Origin: a virus
Lineage: Duplodnaviria; Caudoviricetes
Length of the DNA stretch: 64,000 nucleotides
Reading direction: 5' to 3' (one strand)
IMG/VR virus record: IMGVR_UViG_642973577_000001
Coordinates: 64,001-128,000 of that record
Part shown: positions 63,305 to 64,000 of the stretch, piece after piece
Position numbering within the stretch: the first letter of the stretch is position 1
Layout: every line of letters begins with the position of its first letter
Position numbers and translations under genes: made by a program
The notes under the pieces: model-generated
Database searches by the model: none
What the model saw: only the letters and a program-made list of their open reading frames with translations
What the model was told of the DNA's origin: nothing

Positions 63305-64000
63305 ACCCACTCAAGGCGCTGCGTCTCGTGGCGATTCTCCTCGGCGTGTTCGTGCTGGCCTTCGCCTGCTCGGACGGCTACTACCGTGCCCAGGCCGACC
63401 CCGACACCGACCGCCGCGTGGTGGTCGAGCCGTCGGTCGACGACGCACGTTCGATCGAGAACCGCATCGAGAGCCGCCTGCGTCCCGACGACGAGATCTA
63501 CGTGACCATCTGGCCAGCTGGCGAGTTCCAGCGCCCGGAGTCCAACGGCGTGGTGTTCCTCTACGCCGAGGGCAAGCAGGTCACCGTGGTCGGCAACGAC
63601 TGGGTGCCCCAGGTCTGGCTCGACGAGCGCCTGGACCGCATCGACAACGTGACCCGCCGTCCGGTCGACCAGATCGTGCGCCTCATCGACGAGATCCACG
63701 AGTACCAGGAGGACAATCCTCGCGAGTCGCCCGCGCCGGAGATCACCATCCAGATCACCACCGCCGAGGCACCTCCGCCTCCGCCTGCCGCCCCGGAGCC
63801 TCCCAAGGAGCCGTTCCGCTGGACCACGGCCTGGAAGTTCGGCGCTGGTGCTGGCGGAGGAGTCGCGCTGCTGTTCATCATCTGGCTGCCGCTGCACATC
63901 CGGCTCATGCGTCGGCGCAAGCGGTTGGCCGTCATCGCCAAGCGGGCCGAGGAACAGGCCGACTGGACCTACGACAAGTACGGCATCAAGTCCACCATCG
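63301..64000 (+). CDS. exported/membrane protein, truncated by window end
   Basis: ATGA overlap; signal-like N-terminus, Pro-rich linker, TM helix; open to window edge. Confidence 0.65.
   Translation, partial: MNPLKALRLVAILLGVFVLAFACSDGYYRAQADPDTDRRVVVEPSVDDARSIENRIESRLRPDDEIYVTIWPAGEFQRPESNGVVFLYAEGKQVTVVGNDWVPQVWLDERLDRIDNVTRRPVDQIVRLIDEIHEYQEDNPRESPAPEITIQITTAEAPPPPPAAPEPPKEPFRWTTAWKFGAGAGGGVALLFIIWLPLHIRLMRRRKRLAVIAKRAEEQADWTYDKYGIKSTI

Overview
64 kb internal segment of a large, high-GC actinobacteriophage with a contractile tail. Gene order resembles Mycobacterium cluster C (Bxz1-like) and Rhodococcus E3-like myoviruses; this is recognised from memory, not from a search. 1-24.9 kb: neck, sheath, tube, frameshifted chaperone, tape measure, baseplate and tail genes. 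24.9-27.6 kb: small genes under SigA-like promoters, several apparently leaderless. 27.7-32.5 kb: an array of 29 tRNAs, three HNH genes and several non-tRNA structured RNAs. 32.5-55 kb: replication and recombination (SNF2 helicase, DnaC, DnaB, primase, DnaJ-like, SSB, DnaE, RecA, Cas4-like nuclease, resolvases). 55-64 kb: accessory genes, a second tRNA locus (Gln, Asn) and an Acb2/Tad1-like gene. Best leads: (1) four Y-RNA (YrlA)-like RNAs sharing one Ro-type stem, each carrying a different circular permutation of the tRNA cloverleaf; (2) both tRNA loci are headed by a leaderless short ORF plus hairpins, and at the Gln/Asn locus the peptide MRTNRLNRQQ uses the codons read by the downstream tRNAs, suggesting tRNA-sensing attenuation; (3) an rrn boxA-like element inside the tRNA array. 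All structures were folded by eye and all protein calls come from motifs and synteny.
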